64,000 bases of DNA from Diplonema japonicum (GCA_964019335.1 OZ025735.1:186001-250000), one strand, 5' to 3'. Counted from the stretch's first letter, positions 22,967 through 35,366 are shown. Numbers and translations are program-made. The notes: generated by a model from the letters alone, not told the origin.

Positions 22967-24492
22967 GGAACTTCGAGTGTACAAAAACATGATGCAGAAG
23001 AAGCACATCGAGGACGTACGGAAAGCCTTCAATACCGGGCAGTATGGGGGGAATGGGAAAAAAAAAAAAAAAAAAAAAAAAACGAAACCAATTTTTCTTT
23101 TTTTTTCTTCTTTTCGCAGTAGTGTGCCATGGGAACGAGGAAGGGTCCTCGGCGCCGGGAACTTCGGAAAAGTCTTCGAAGCCACAAACAAACTGACCGG
23201 GGGGAAAATGGCGGTGAAAGCTATCCCACTAGGAAGAGGAATGGAGGAAGAAGCACTTCTTCAGGAAGTCAAGGTAATATCAAAAAAAAAAAAAAAAAAG
23301 CAACAAAAAACTTCAGCTCATGGCCACTTTCGAACACACCAACATCATCCACTATTTCTACAGCGAACTCACAACAGACGAGCTTCTCATCTTCATGGAA
23401 TTTGCTGCCGACGGCACACTAGCTGACATGATCCCTCCTGGCGGCATGCAGGAATCCATGGTCTCAGGCTACATGGAGGGCATCCTTCGCGGCCTTGGAT
23501 ACCTACATAACAAAGGCATCACACACCGTGACATCAAAGTAGCAAACGTTCTAATCAACAAAGGTGTCTGCAAGCTAACAGACTTCGGGACAGCTACCGC
23601 GACAAAAAAAGGCCCGACAGAAAACAGTGAAACGGTGGGGACGCTGGCTTACATGTCACCAGAGGTCTTGGAAGGTGCGCCTCCAGCCACAGCGTGCGAT
23701 ATTTGGGCGTTGGGGTGTTTACTAATGGAACTTACAACGAACAAATCTCCGTTTGCACACGCTGGTGAGTCACCATGGCTGGTGGTGAAATACATTTCGG
23801 GATTGAAAATCGACGATAATGTTGACGTGGGAAAACACGCATACGGTGGGAGGGTAATGTTGTTTTTAAGAGATTGTTTATGTGTCGACCCGGCAAGACG
23901 GCCGAACTGCGATGAACTTCTGCAATCTCCACTGATACAGGGAACGGAGTTGATGATGAGGAAGGCCACAGTGTTCAGCCTAGCGAGGGTGAGCAGGAAG
24001 GAGAGTATGATATCGCCAAGCTTCAGAGGAGTGAAACAAAGTTTCCGAAACGCCGTCCGAAAGAAATCCTCAACTATGTCCCCGCAACAGTCCCAACCCC
24101 GCACGAGCACGGGGAATATCATACTATCACCTACCGCAGTAGATCAAACTATTCAAGACTGTTCTGATGGTTCAGACTTCTCGGGTTGGGGTGACAGTCC
24201 CAAGGACAACCCGATCCTTCCCGATTCAAAGTTCGACCACCCGGGTACTGGAACGGGTTCTTCCGCTGGGGACCAAGGTGCTTGCCTTACAAGAGTGCGG
24301 TCACGTACATCGACGTCCTCCATCTCTATTGAGGAAGAGGAGAAAATGAGGCGACTTGCCAACCGAGCTGTGACGGACACTCTGCGCAAATCCTTTGTCA
24401 CTAAGAAACCCCCGATTCCTGTGAAAAAAACCTCTGATGTTTCATCAGCTGGCGGCGGGGGTATCATGTATACCAGCTTTTCCGGTTTATGA
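20781..24492 (+). CDS. PAS - HATPase_c-like - receiver-like - STE/MAP3K-type Ser/Thr kinase; join(20781..22742,22794..22910,22965..23041,23120..23273,23317..24492)
   Basis: PAS (LIVLNTEGEILTWN), N/G1 boxes (LVTNAVRFS, VSDEGSGM), REC (CLVVES...IIVID...ITLPV), kinase GAGNFG, AVK, HRDIKVAN, DFG, GTLAYMSPE; four introns (51, 54, 78, 43 nt). Confidence 0.88.
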
Positions 24493-25043
24493 GAGGGATA
24501 TGGGAAGGGAGACTGTATTTTTATTTGGGGAACGTAACATTTTTTTATCCCCCTCCCCCCCCCCCCCCCTGAGTCTTTTGACTTTGTCTAAACAAAAAAA
24601 AAAGGGAACGTTGGGCAAAGTTTTTTTTTTTGCTGGAACAAGTAAACAAATTTTTGAAAAGAATTGTTATTGCAAAAAAGAGTAGAGGCAGCTTGTCCGT
24701 TTATCCCTACTGTAGGTGAAAACGGCTTGCACAAACAAAAAGCCCCCCCCCCCCCCACCCCAGCACGTACAAACAAAACGGCCAGTTCCTCTTTTAAAAT
24801 TACATAACACAACTGTTCTTTTTTTTTCTTTGCGGGAAGAAAGAAAAAAAGGAAGTTAAAAAATGAAACAAATATGACCCCCCCCCCAGCAACATTTTCT
24901 CCCCCCCCCACAAAACTGTTCCTCTATATTTCACCTCCCCATTTTTTTTTCACATACCCTCCCCCCCCTTTTCCATCCTCTCTAAGATTTTCTGCTTTTT
25001 AAAAATAAAAAAAAAATCTCATAGGACCACCTCCCTTAGGGGA

Positions 25044-25866
25044 ATGGATATGTATGATGAGATGACAAGCGAGACACGGGGCATGACGAGCAGCATGTCT
25101 GAAGGATGCCTGGGAACCCCTTCGGTTTACTCGTCAGTGGGAGAAGACACAGAAGATTGGCTGAGACATCTGAACAAAAGGTGGTCATGCGGCGGGAGCG
25201 AACGGAGAGGCAGCATGGTGATCGAAGAATGGCATAGGATTGTATGCCTAGACTGGCTAGCAGAGGTGAGGTCGGGAATGGGATTAAAGAACTCGACATA
25301 TGTGAGATCTGCTGTTCTGTTTAACAAAATCACAACCGAGATGCAATTGAAGAAAACTCAGCTCCAGAGGTACGCCATAACATGCCTCATGATGTGTGCC
25401 AAGATCGAGGAATCTTGTTCTGTTGAGATTAAGAAATACGCGGATCTAACCTGTGGGATATGTGATGATGAAGAGTTGAAACAGACCGAAATGGAGATTC
25501 TGATCCACTCCAACTTCACCATCAACACGCCAACAACGTCAGATTTTTTGTACCCTCTCCTCTCCCACCTCGAGATCCCTAATGTTTCCACCGCCGAGTT
25601 CATTCTTGAAGCTTCGTGTTATTCTCTGGCATGTACTTCTTTACCCCCGACGGTGGTGGCCGCTTCTGTTGTATCAATCACTACTGCGGGGACGATGGAT
25701 GTGCAGATCACGTCGGCAATGGGTTCGCTCTTTCAAATATCATCCTGGGAGGAAGCTCGTGTACCGGTTACGGAGGCGCTTGAGGAGTGCTTTACATACA
25801 ATTTCAAGAACATCATCTCAAACCACACTAGTGAGGTCACACATTCGACTAAGGTGTGGAAACAAT

Positions 25867-25902
<36 letters not shown>

Positions 25903-26072
25903 AGGCGCATTTTTTCCCTCGAAAACGAAAGCACTTTGATGACGATGAAACCACGTACTTAGACACTGCTACTGAGGAGGAAGATGACACGCAATCTGAT
26001 GCTGTGCCTACAGAGGACACTTCTACTACTGATTCGAGGTACGACCTGCGAAAGAGGGTGAGAAGAAATTGA
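25044..26072 (+). CDS. Cyclin (A/B-like cyclin box); join(25044..25853,25905..26072)
   Basis: R.VCLDWLAEV, LQ...ITCLMMCAKIEE, EMEIL...F.IN.PT; the 51-nt in-frame poly-A intron explains the poly-Lys in the ORF track. Confidence 0.88.
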
Positions 26073-27217
26073 GGGGGAAACAAAACAAAACCAAAAAAAA
26101 AAAAAAAAAAAAAGAAAAAAACAAAAAAAAAGATAAATAGAAAAAAAAGAAAAAAAAAAAGGAGAAAAAAGAAAACTATGTATGTATTGTATGATCCATT
26201 CTTTTTTTTTCGGGGGGGGGGGGAGTATGACGTCTGGAAGAAAGAAAGAAAAAAAAAGAAAAAAAAGGGGGGGTAGGATGCAGAAACAGGAGAAAGAAAA
26301 ATGCACCCTATCATAGTAAATTCCCCCCCCCCCCCATGTGCAGTATCGATTTCGTAAAAAAAAAAAAAAAAAAAAAAATCTAAAATATCTTAGTTGTTCT
26401 TAAAGAATACGGTGCTGCACCCCCCCCCCTTTTTTTCCCTCTTCTTTTTGTGTATTTTTTTTAATTTTTCTTCTCTGGGGAGGAAGGAAGGAAACTTTAT
26501 CTTGTAAAGCTTTTTTATTTTGCTTCCTTCTCTTCTTCTCTCTCTCCCCCCCCCCTTTTTTTTGAAAACCTTAGGCATAACAGTTCAAGAAGAGATATTC
26601 CTCTTTAATGGGAATGGAACTTTATGAAAATACAGATTTCCTCTTTCTTGCTTCTAAATGCTACTTGCTGCACGCCTCATTGTATCCAGATTAGCAAGAG
26701 TATTAACTCCACTGGTCTGTCCCCCCCCCCCTTTTTTTTGGTATGCAAAGAATGGAATAACTAGAGAGAAGGGAAAAAAAAGGAGAAAAAAAAACTCAGC
26801 GAATACTCAAGCTTAGATCAGTGGTCGTAGATCACATTGTGTGTGTGTTTTTTTTTCTTTCTTTCGTTTTCTTCTCTTTTTTTTTTTTCTTCTAAAAGCA
26901 AGTACACCCCCGCCAGCAAACGAATTTATTTTTAAGCATTGCCCCCTCCCCTGCCCCCCTTCCATTTTGTTGATACCCGCCCTTTTTCTTTTTCTTTTTT
27001 AAAAAAAAAAATAGTGAACGTTTTAGATGAAAACACGCAACGGCAAGAGCCCACCGTATTGTACACCCTCTCCCTCCCCCCATCTGCAAAAAAAGAAATT
27101 TTTTTTTTTTAAAACGGAACGAATTCTTTAATGTGTCTTTAACCCTTTCCCAATACCCCTTCACTTGTACAGCTTCAACTCTTCCACTCACATTTTTTTT
27201 TTTTTTTGTACGAAGTC

Positions 27218-27445
27218 TTCCCTTAAGCGAGTCATGTGAGGGAGTCTGTCCTAGGGTGACTGGTGCACGGGGAGAGGCAAGAATAAGCCAAACTTTAGCC
27301 CGCTGACTTCACCTTCATCCTAGGCACAGACAGGCCTTTCATAACAGGCATCATCGCATTTCAGAGGAAGCCGGCGTATAGCACAAACGCCATGTGCCTC
27401 TGAGAGGTGGCCGCTAGAAGCTCACCCCACATGTGTCGTTTGACT
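27218..27445. repeat. Dispersed GC-rich repeat, copy B, with extra hairpin-forming extension
   Basis: First about 130 nt align with 20458-20600; tcagagg...cctctga and ggcgt...acgcc stems at 27360-27415. Confidence 0.65.
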
Positions 27446-27664
27446 ACAAATACCCCCCCCCCCCCCCCCCCCCCACGTACTTTATGGTACACTTTGGATC
27501 ATGATTGTGGTCATTTTTTTCTTTTTTTTTTTAGAAACTCCCCCATTCTTCTATAACTTCCTAGAATCTACCCCCACCCTTTTTTTTTAAAAAAAGTTTA
27601 CGTATGCAACTTTTCTATTCAAAAAAAAAAAAAAAAAAAAAAAAAAAAGAAGAAGAGAAACAAA

Positions 27665-28723
27665 ATGTCGCTTAATGCAGGAAGCCAGCTGTGCTACAGC
27701 ATTCTCAAGGAGGCGAGACGGGTCTACCTGCCGTTGTACTGTCAGGAGTCCCTTGAAGTGGTGGGGGAAATTGCCTTGGAGGCCTGTTCAGAAGGCGGTG
27801 TGTTGATAAAAGAAGCACGGGTAAAGGGGAACGGGAGGTTGTTGGCGGGGGAGACCCTCTGTGCGGTGTTCGAACGAACTACCGAAGCACAGTCTCTTGT
27901 AAGTGAGATAACGGGCGGGCTGGTAGAGGGGAACAAATTACACAACAAAAGCATCGACTGCAGGAATGGAGTGAACTTCACCGTGGCTGACAAACCCGAA
28001 GGAACAGCACAACCAAAACAACGATCCTTTGTAAAGAAATGCCTGACGACAACAGTACAATTCAACTCGCATTTCAGCGATTCCCCACATCTAACCAACA
28101 TGGACGGAGTAATTTCCTTAGGTTCCGACTGCACCATGACACAAGCACTCAAACTGCGCGACCTCCGCCCATCGAGAAGCCTCCCTTTCGACTGGTTAAG
28201 GATTGTCGGTACGAGAAACCTAACAGAGGTACTTCAAGCCGAACCCTTTGAAAAGGACAACGTGAAGAATTTGAAGTGGATTCAAAGAAACGAGTTTGCT
28301 GAGAGCCCAGAAGGGACGCACCTTTACGACCACACCCACGGTTTGATCAGCAGCCACCATGGCACGGAAGATCCTTCTGAGCAGTTTAAAAGAAGGTTTG
28401 ATAGGATGGCAGATGGTTTGTCGCGTGCCAAGAGAGTCCTCTTCGTGACCTCGTCACGGCACCCCGACCACCCGATTACTATATCCGGTGTCCCCATACC
28501 TGACCCTCCTGATCCTTTGCTTTTAGACACCTTGGGGGACGTCGTTCACAGCCTCTATCCGCACCTCTCGTTTGCTATTCTTGCCTTCAATTACGGGGCC
28601 AAGCCCGGGCAGCCACAGCGTTGGTTCGCCAACCATGAAATCGGTTGGAGCGGGCTGCGGGACCAGTCTGAAGTACTCGCCGCCGTGCTTCCGGAGATTT
28701 CGCTTTCGAGCTTTGAGTGGTGA
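27665..28723 (+). CDS. Protein with DUF1796 putative papain-like cysteine peptidase domain
   Basis: VISLGSDC...AL...LR..RSLPFDW motif, followed by HH and F.RR..R. Confidence 0.75.
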   Translation: MSLNAGSQLCYSILKEARRVYLPLYCQESLEVVGEIALEACSEGGVLIKEARVKGNGRLLAGETLCAVFERTTEAQSLVSEITGGLVEGNKLHNKSIDCRNGVNFTVADKPEGTAQPKQRSFVKKCLTTTVQFNSHFSDSPHLTNMDGVISLGSDCTMTQALKLRDLRPSRSLPFDWLRIVGTRNLTEVLQAEPFEKDNVKNLKWIQRNEFAESPEGTHLYDHTHGLISSHHGTEDPSEQFKRRFDRMADGLSRAKRVLFVTSSRHPDHPITISGVPIPDPPDPLLLDTLGDVVHSLYPHLSFAILAFNYGAKPGQPQRWFANHEIGWSGLRDQSEVLAAVLPEISLSSFEW

Positions 28724-28847
28724 GTTTTCGTTTGAGGTTTGTATTATTATTATTATTATTTGTTCGAGTGAAGAAAAGGAAAAAGAAGGGGGGGGGGGGG
28801 GGGGGGGGGGATCAACAACTTAAAAAAGCAGACTTCAACATAAAAAA

Positions 28848-31184
28848 ATGCAATGGCGCCTCTTAAACCTGAGCATCACCACAACTGTGCTGAGCGCAAC
28901 TGTGGCTGTGACGGTGGCTGTGGTGCTGCTGGGGGTGAACATGTATGAGACTGTTGACAAAACTGCCTCAGTGGGCGAGGATCTTGCGTATGGCTTGGCA
29001 CGCGACGTCGTGAACGAGAGGGGGAAGTTTCTGGAACTGTCCATCAAGGCGAAGCTCTTCAGGCCCATCATAGAGGTCGTGCAATACGGGAGCAGAAGCG
29101 CACAGCTCATCGGGGGGGGGAGCAACCCAATGGGCTGGAACGACACCATGACCGTGGTGCGCAACATGCTGGTACACCTGCAGTCAGGGACCACAGTGTT
29201 CCCTGAAGAAGGATGGTTCTTAAGTGTGGTTAACGACATTCCCGTCATGTCGACCAAAGCCTTTCTCGCCTTCGGGAAGAGGATGTTGATGATTTCACAG
29301 CGCGTAACAGGGGGGTCGAACTTGTTCTTGTACACCGACAGGTACCCCAGCCCCACAAGCGACGACCTCCATTGGGCTAGGTTCTGGAGTGGTCCTACCT
29401 TTAAACCGCACCACAAATACACCAGACCTGACATGACGATCGGCTTTATGTGGAGTGGCATCACGTTGGATGAACCTACTGGAGGGCTTCAGATGGGTTA
29501 CGGAGGGCCTATCCTCAAGTCGGGGACACTCACGGACAATCTTTGGGTTTATTCCGAAACACTTCTGGCGCTCTTGCGGCCCCTTTTGCAGTCGATCATC
29601 GGAGGCGGGGAGCCGCTGCTCTTCGGGGAGTACAACAACACCCAGTACAAACCCGTCCTGAACGAAACGATCCTGTGTGTCCTGGAGGAGGAGAGCGGAC
29701 TGCTCGTGGAGTGCTCGCATGGCTACGCTAATCTGAACATCAGCGGTGTGTTTAAGCGAGTTGCCGCGAACGAGTCGGAGCACCCCATCATCGGCCCTGG
29801 CGTAAGGGCGGCGGCAAAGAACCCCGGGAACTGGGAGGGGGTGTTCGGGACATCGGGGTCTGCGCGGTTCCCTCTCCCAGGGAACATCAGGTACTTCATC
29901 GACATCGAGCCTCTCACGGGGGGGCCACTGTGGTCGAGGGTAGTCATCACCCCTTACGACGCACTGCTGAAGGAAGTGGAGGAGCACACGGAGAAAGAAC
30001 GCGAGGGAGCCATGGAGACCATCATCTTCGCTATCGTCCTCGCTGTAGTTGTCACAGCCGTTGCGATCATGGCGGCAGGCTACATCTCTGTGAAGATCAG
30101 CAGGCCGATCACTGACCTCGTGCACGACATGCGAAGGGTGGAGCTCCTGGACATGGACGGGATCACAACAAACGAGAATGGCCCCGTGTCGATTGTGCGA
30201 GAGGTGGAGGAGATGAAAAGGTCGTTCCTTGCGATGGTGAGGATGATGGTGGAGTACAAGAGCTTCATCCCCAGCCACTTGGTGGTCGAAGAGTACGAAG
30301 AGTCGAGCGAAGAATCGGACGTTAAGAGCAGGGTGACTAGCGCCGCAAGTAAAACAACAAACACACGGAAGAGTGCTGCAGAGCACGTGCGGAGCTTGTT
30401 CGCTTTGGAGCTTTCGACGAGGCAGTGCTCGATGGGGTCGTTCGTGCTGGAGAGGGGGAAGTTGAAAGATTGCGATCTTGCAAGAGACTACAACACCGTG
30501 CTGGAGGAGATCCTGGCGGTATCGGCGGGGATGGGCCCCCACCTGAACTTGACCTTCGATTCTGTTAGCGTGTGCTTCAACGCGGCGACACGTCTCATGT
30601 CCTTTGCGGAGAAGGGGCTGAAGGTCATGGACGCACTCTGCAAGAAGCAACCCTCCCTGGTTGTGGGGTGTTCATACGAGACAGGGGCAGCGTCTGTAGG
30701 GAACGTGGGGACGTCCGCGAACAGGTTCTACGCAGTGTGCCCCGACAAAATGGTGCGGTCACGGTGTATCCCTCACTTCGCCACAGAGCATGGCACAGTT
30801 GGTGAAGTGTACTGCAGTGCCTCTGTGACTGCAACGTGCAAAAACTTCTACTTCCTCGATGTTGAGCTTCTGAACGCCCCAGGAGAGGCTCAAGTGAAGG
30901 TGTCGCGTCTAGTCGGGGAGAAGGCAACTGACACAGAGGAGTGGATGTATTCCTTGCAGGAAACAGAAAACCTCCCTCACGCGAAGTTCAACGCTGCCTT
31001 CAGGGAAATGGTTTCTGGTGGCTTTGATTCTGCGAAAAAAGGCTTCGAAAGCTGCAAGGGAGAATACCCCGAGGAGTGCAATCACTTCCTTTCCTTAATG
31101 GTGAGGCACGCGGGGTCGGAAGGTGATGCCAACTGGTACTGCAACGTGGAGAAGCGTTCCGTAACAGTTGTTGAGAAGGTTTGA
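28848..31184 (+). CDS. Receptor-like membrane protein with HAMP-like linker and degenerate class III nucleotide cyclase domain
   Basis: Two TM segments flank an ectodomain; ISRPI..L..DM..V...EV..M...F..M......Y..F.P linker; G.ASVGNVG and EWMY motifs. Confidence 0.7.
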   Translation: MQWRLLNLSITTTVLSATVAVTVAVVLLGVNMYETVDKTASVGEDLAYGLARDVVNERGKFLELSIKAKLFRPIIEVVQYGSRSAQLIGGGSNPMGWNDTMTVVRNMLVHLQSGTTVFPEEGWFLSVVNDIPVMSTKAFLAFGKRMLMISQRVTGGSNLFLYTDRYPSPTSDDLHWARFWSGPTFKPHHKYTRPDMTIGFMWSGITLDEPTGGLQMGYGGPILKSGTLTDNLWVYSETLLALLRPLLQSIIGGGEPLLFGEYNNTQYKPVLNETILCVLEEESGLLVECSHGYANLNISGVFKRVAANESEHPIIGPGVRAAAKNPGNWEGVFGTSGSARFPLPGNIRYFIDIEPLTGGPLWSRVVITPYDALLKEVEEHTEKEREGAMETIIFAIVLAVVVTAVAIMAAGYISVKISRPITDLVHDMRRVELLDMDGITTNENGPVSIVREVEEMKRSFLAMVRMMVEYKSFIPSHLVVEEYEESSEESDVKSRVTSAASKTTNTRKSAAEHVRSLFALELSTRQCSMGSFVLERGKLKDCDLARDYNTVLEEILAVSAGMGPHLNLTFDSVSVCFNAATRLMSFAEKGLKVMDALCKKQPSLVVGCSYETGAASVGNVGTSANRFYAVCPDKMVRSRCIPHFATEHGTVGEVYCSASVTATCKNFYFLDVELLNAPGEAQVKVSRLVGEKATDTEEWMYSLQETENLPHAKFNAAFREMVSGGFDSAKKGFESCKGEYPEECNHFLSLMVRHAGSEGDANWYCNVEKRSVTVVEKV

Positions 31185-31506
31185 AAAAAAAGTGACCACG
31201 GTTTGGTGTTGTCTTCCCTGTATCCTCTGAATCTTTCTGAAAAACTTTGAATTTGACTTGGGTTGTACTTCCTTTTGAACGCGGCTCTTTAGGACGTCGC
31301 TACCGTTGAAACGGCAGAGTAGTCTTGCGTTGTCGGATTCTGTAGGCATGTCTGATGAATACCCCCCCCCCCCCCCCCCCCCCCCCGAGTAAGATGAATA
31401 CCTTTCTTTTTTTCGTGTTCTTTCTTCACCTGCATGCAATTGCTTTTACTGTAACATATTGCTATACATTTTTGCCGAAAGGTTTACACCTTTTTCCTTT
31501 CCCCCC

Positions 31507-31730
31507 CGAACCTCCTTGAAGAATCCCCACCGACAAGTATGCAGCGACGCAGAAGGGTACCAACGCAAGATGGACCATCCGCCACGCTGCACACTAAACA
31601 TCAGCAATGAAAGCCTCATTTTCTCTCTTTTTTTCGCCTCAATGGTGAGTCCCTTACCCCAACATCGAATAAGGAGGTGGTATCACCATGGGCACATAGT
31701 CTCGTGCAACATAATTTTCAACATCTTTAC
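31507..31730 (+). mobile_element. 3'-end relic of the LINE at 49520-53100
   Basis: atgcagcgacgcagaagggta.caac.caagat.gacc..cc.ccacgctgcacac matches about 53007-53062; weaker similarity continues on both sides. Confidence 0.85.
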
Positions 31731-32002
31731 CTCTCCTTTTTCATTCTACTTATGCACTTCATTTTTTCCATCTCCTACAGGAGGGGGGTACAAAAGAAAA
31801 AGGGGGACGCATGACCCCTCTTTTCCTTGAAACACTAGCAGTGGATGCTCCCTTTATACGATGGAGCCGGCCTAGAGACGTGAGCGGACGGGCGACGGTG
31901 GTCGCAACGCTGCTGGTAATAAGTGCGGCGGTTAGGGGAAGGTCATCATCGGGAAGGGTGAAGGGTTCCCTTCGGAGGACGAAGGGAAGGACACGGCTCG
32001 CA

Positions 32003-33382
32003 ATGGCGAAATCAAAAGCACCTCGGGCACAACAACGACAACAGCAAAGCATCCAAGGAAACCACCGCCACGGGACCGTCGCAAAACTCAGCATGGAAGT
32101 ATGGGAAGAGGTGTATCAATACATACATTGGAAGGGCGTTCTTAACTTGCACCGCAGCTGCTTCTTCTTCGAAAAGCACATTGGGGCTTTGATGAAGACA
32201 GAGGCCGCGAGCAAAACAGGCCACAGCAACAGCGAAAAAACAGGGAAAATCGCGAGGGAGATCTGCGCGCAGCTTCGAATGCCGTTTCCCCCGAACGTTC
32301 TGTTTCTGTTCGTGTCGCCCGGCTACTGCCGCAAGCGAACAGATAAAATCGTGGAGAAGATAACAAAACGGCTTCCGAAAGACATACTACTTCTCGGAGC
32401 GCGTGCTCCACCCGTCTCAGGACATGCTGTCTCAGCCATGGCTGTCAGAATACCAGGAAACACCATATTAAAAAAACGAAGCTATTCGGAAGCAGAGTTG
32501 GGGAAATTCCTTGATGGATGCGAACGTGCAACGCAAGCTGATCACGACATCATCCTGTCGAACTCGTACCATGACCTTGTTGTTACAAAGCCCCAACCAT
32601 GCCATGACAGCCAGAAGAAGAAACAACCTCGAAGAGCAAACCCCCGACAGCACGAGTGGGCGACTCACGTCGTCATCGCAACAGGGCTGAACTCATCCTT
32701 AATCAACGGGCTGTGCCGATCGCTTCAAGACGACAATGGGAAATGTATCATAACAGGTGGGGTTGCACCGGGAGGATTGATCAAAGAGGATAAAGCCATA
32801 ACAGTTTTATCCATAGGCACCGGTGTGAGCACGATCGCAACAACATGCAGGGGTGCCAAGCCCATAGGAAACAGTTTTAAAATCGTGGCGGCATCTGGAA
32901 ATCGCATCCAACAGGTCGAACTGCCCAATGGGGTACAAGACACAATGAGTAAAATACTTTTCGACACCGTCCACGCGGCGGGTGGTTACAAGGAACAAAA
33001 CCCCTTGCTTCTCGGGATATCGAACGAGAACAGCCCCACCGCCGAGTACACCATGTCCCAGATTTTTGGAATCTCGCTGGACTCGGTCATTACCAGCGTC
33101 GCTGTGGAAAAAGGCCAGTACTGCCAGTTTTTTCTTCAGGATTCGATTGCTGCAGGGCGTGATATTTCATCAAGGCTTTCCGGCCTTCAAAAACACCTCC
33201 CCGATGGATTGGGATCGCTGCTTCTTTTCCAAACGTTCAGTTTGATCCCTGAGGAGGTCCAACTCTCGCGTAAGACGCGTCTGCCATTTGCTGGGATGAG
33301 CTGTTCTAGTGAAATTGGTCCTTTGGGTCTTACACGGAGATGTCCGAGAAGCGATCCTTATGATATGAAGGTATGGAGGAAA

Positions 33383-33413
<31 letters not shown>

Positions 33414-35366
33414 CTGTAAAACGAAAAACTCCCGGACGGAAAAATGTCCGAGTTTTTTTGGCGTCCGGGAATTTTTCCGTCCGGGAATTTCTTTTAGGTA
33501 AGGCCGTCAGGGGGCCTGGTCCACTACCACCTACATACTGGCCTGGGCTGCAAACGGCAACCGCGCGAAGAAACCCCCAGGGTTCCCTTTCTGCATCTTT
33601 GTCCTCCCTTGCTGCCCTGAGGCAATCAACTTGTCGAGCCTTCGTGTGGCCTACTACCTTTCTTAATAGATGATTTACAGCTGCGTTCAACCCAATATCC
33701 ATCGGTTGAACCATGTAGGTGAGCCCAGGGGGACAAAAGCAATGTGCACGTTTGCGCCTGCGAACCACTCTACGAACCCATAGGCATAGGTCGTGTGAGA
33801 GTTGTGGTCGCCGACAAGCAGCAGAATCGGCCCGTTCGGCAAAACCATGGGAATCGATGATTTATAGCAAAAAGGAAGAAACAGCTCCGTAACCCAGATA
33901 CCGAGTATCATAATTAGCAATGATTGGGCGATGCCGTTAGGCTCCATTCGGTGGGCGGGTGCTTGACTAATCCCTGCCGATTGCGTTTCCGCTTTGCCTT
34001 TGTATTTAACCATCCAGCCAAGGAAACAGCCAGCTGTTCGGTTATAGCCCGTTTTGTCCCCCAAGCCACGGACTTTTACGACCTTAGCACCCCTTTTTGT
34101 TTTGGTTTTTAACCCCGTATTCCAGACCAATTCCGGCCTTACTTTATGGGTGTCGATTATGGACCTGAATTCCATGGTGAAACAGCGTGCCTTCTCGTTG
34201 TCCTTCTCGTTTCCGGGCTTTTCGGAGGTGGCTTGCGGCTTTTGTCTTTCTTGCTACAAAATTTTGTCAGCCTAGCCAGTGGAAAAGGACAGTGCCCCAC
34301 CAAAGTCTACCAGCTGTCTTTCGGGCTGGATTGGCGCACAGCAGCCCTTCTACATAGGTGCATATTTGTTGTGCTGGGATAGGCTCACCAAGCCCGTTTA
34401 CCTATCGACTCAAGCAAAAACCTTTCAGCCCCCGAAGGATGCTAAATCCTGTATTGGGCGATACGCAGCTATCACGGCGTCGTGGCGGCCAGGGTGTGGT
34501 AGGGTGGAATAGCAACGTCCAGTATTTCCGTCGAAGAAACCGGGGGCTCTGTTGAACCTGTTGCTGCCGTCTTCTGACCGAGGCAGAGGCCGCCAAGCTG
34601 CTTTCGGGGGTTTGTACTGGCCCGGTTTGTAAGGAGTTTATCTCGGGGGTGAGCTGGCCGGGGGTGTCAGCACCAAAGTTGGGCCCCTCACAAGCCAGCT
34701 GCTCAACGTGCCTTGGGTAGTCGAACTGGTCAATCTGACGAAAGAAGTACGGGTTTATGAGAAGTTAAAGATCCCGTGGGTGCTGTTTGTTGGTGCATTG
34801 AAAGGGGAAGAAAAATTCAAACTGCCACGCAGGGTGACATTTTGGCTCTGCACAAGGAATAAAGCCCTTCCAGGCAAACGTGGTGGGAGCTGCTACCCCC
34901 CCCTTAAGTAAAAAAACTTCTTCTCAGAAAAACTCCCGGACGGAAAAATGTCCGGGTTTTTTTGGTGTCCGGGAGTTTTTCTGTCCGAGAATTTTTCCGT
35001 CCGACATTATTCGTTTTACAGTATATAAAAAAAAAAAAAAAAAAATACCCACAGACGAGCGAGCTTCTAGAAGATTTGAAAACGCTAGGAGGGGACCTAA
35101 CGGCCCACGATATCTGTAGACACAGCGCGTTAGATCGTTACACGAAAATATTTGGTGATCGGTGTATTGTACCTCAGGTGTTGAGGGAGGGGGAAGAAAT
35201 TTAAAAAAAAAAAAAATTACAGAGATCGTGCAATCGGTTGCTTGATACAAAGTTTCCCAACCCTTCAGCCGAGGCGGAAGGTTGTTCCGTGTCATCCACG
35301 TTGATTTGTGAGTCTGTGTGCGAGGCCCAGGTGTTTACATCTGTTGCGCTTGCGTTCTCCGTGTAG
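32003..35366 (+). CDS. F-box + FIST domain protein (FBXO22-like); join(32003..33370,35055..35177,35223..35366)
   Basis: F-box (LSMEVWEEVYQYI....L......C), FIST motifs (ITGGVA, GAKPIG, FAGMSCSSEIGP); spliced last exon ends QVFTSVALAF as expected for FIST_C. An upstream start at 31811 is possible. Confidence 0.8.
33414..35021 (-). mobile_element. Decayed pogo-family (DDE_1) DNA transposon inside an intron
   Basis: TIR ctgtaaaacgaa/ttcgttttacag with TA TSD inside a (TA)n run; subterminal aactcccggacggaaaaatgtccg repeats; frameshifted minus-strand transposase (LVWN.TG, ILLLVGDHNSH, PPGLTYMVQPMDIGLN). Confidence 0.92.

Noticed and set aside
27350-27445. HDV-like (Pr77-type) ribozyme suggested by ggccacctc on the minus strand; also about 63490-63550
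   Set aside because: Could not build P2 or the J4/2 catalytic strand.
29295-30650. Long minus-strand ORFs (451 aa here; also 50827-51765, 52171-52947, 9616-10443)
   Set aside because: Antisense shadows of GC-rich + strand genes, with no motifs of their own.
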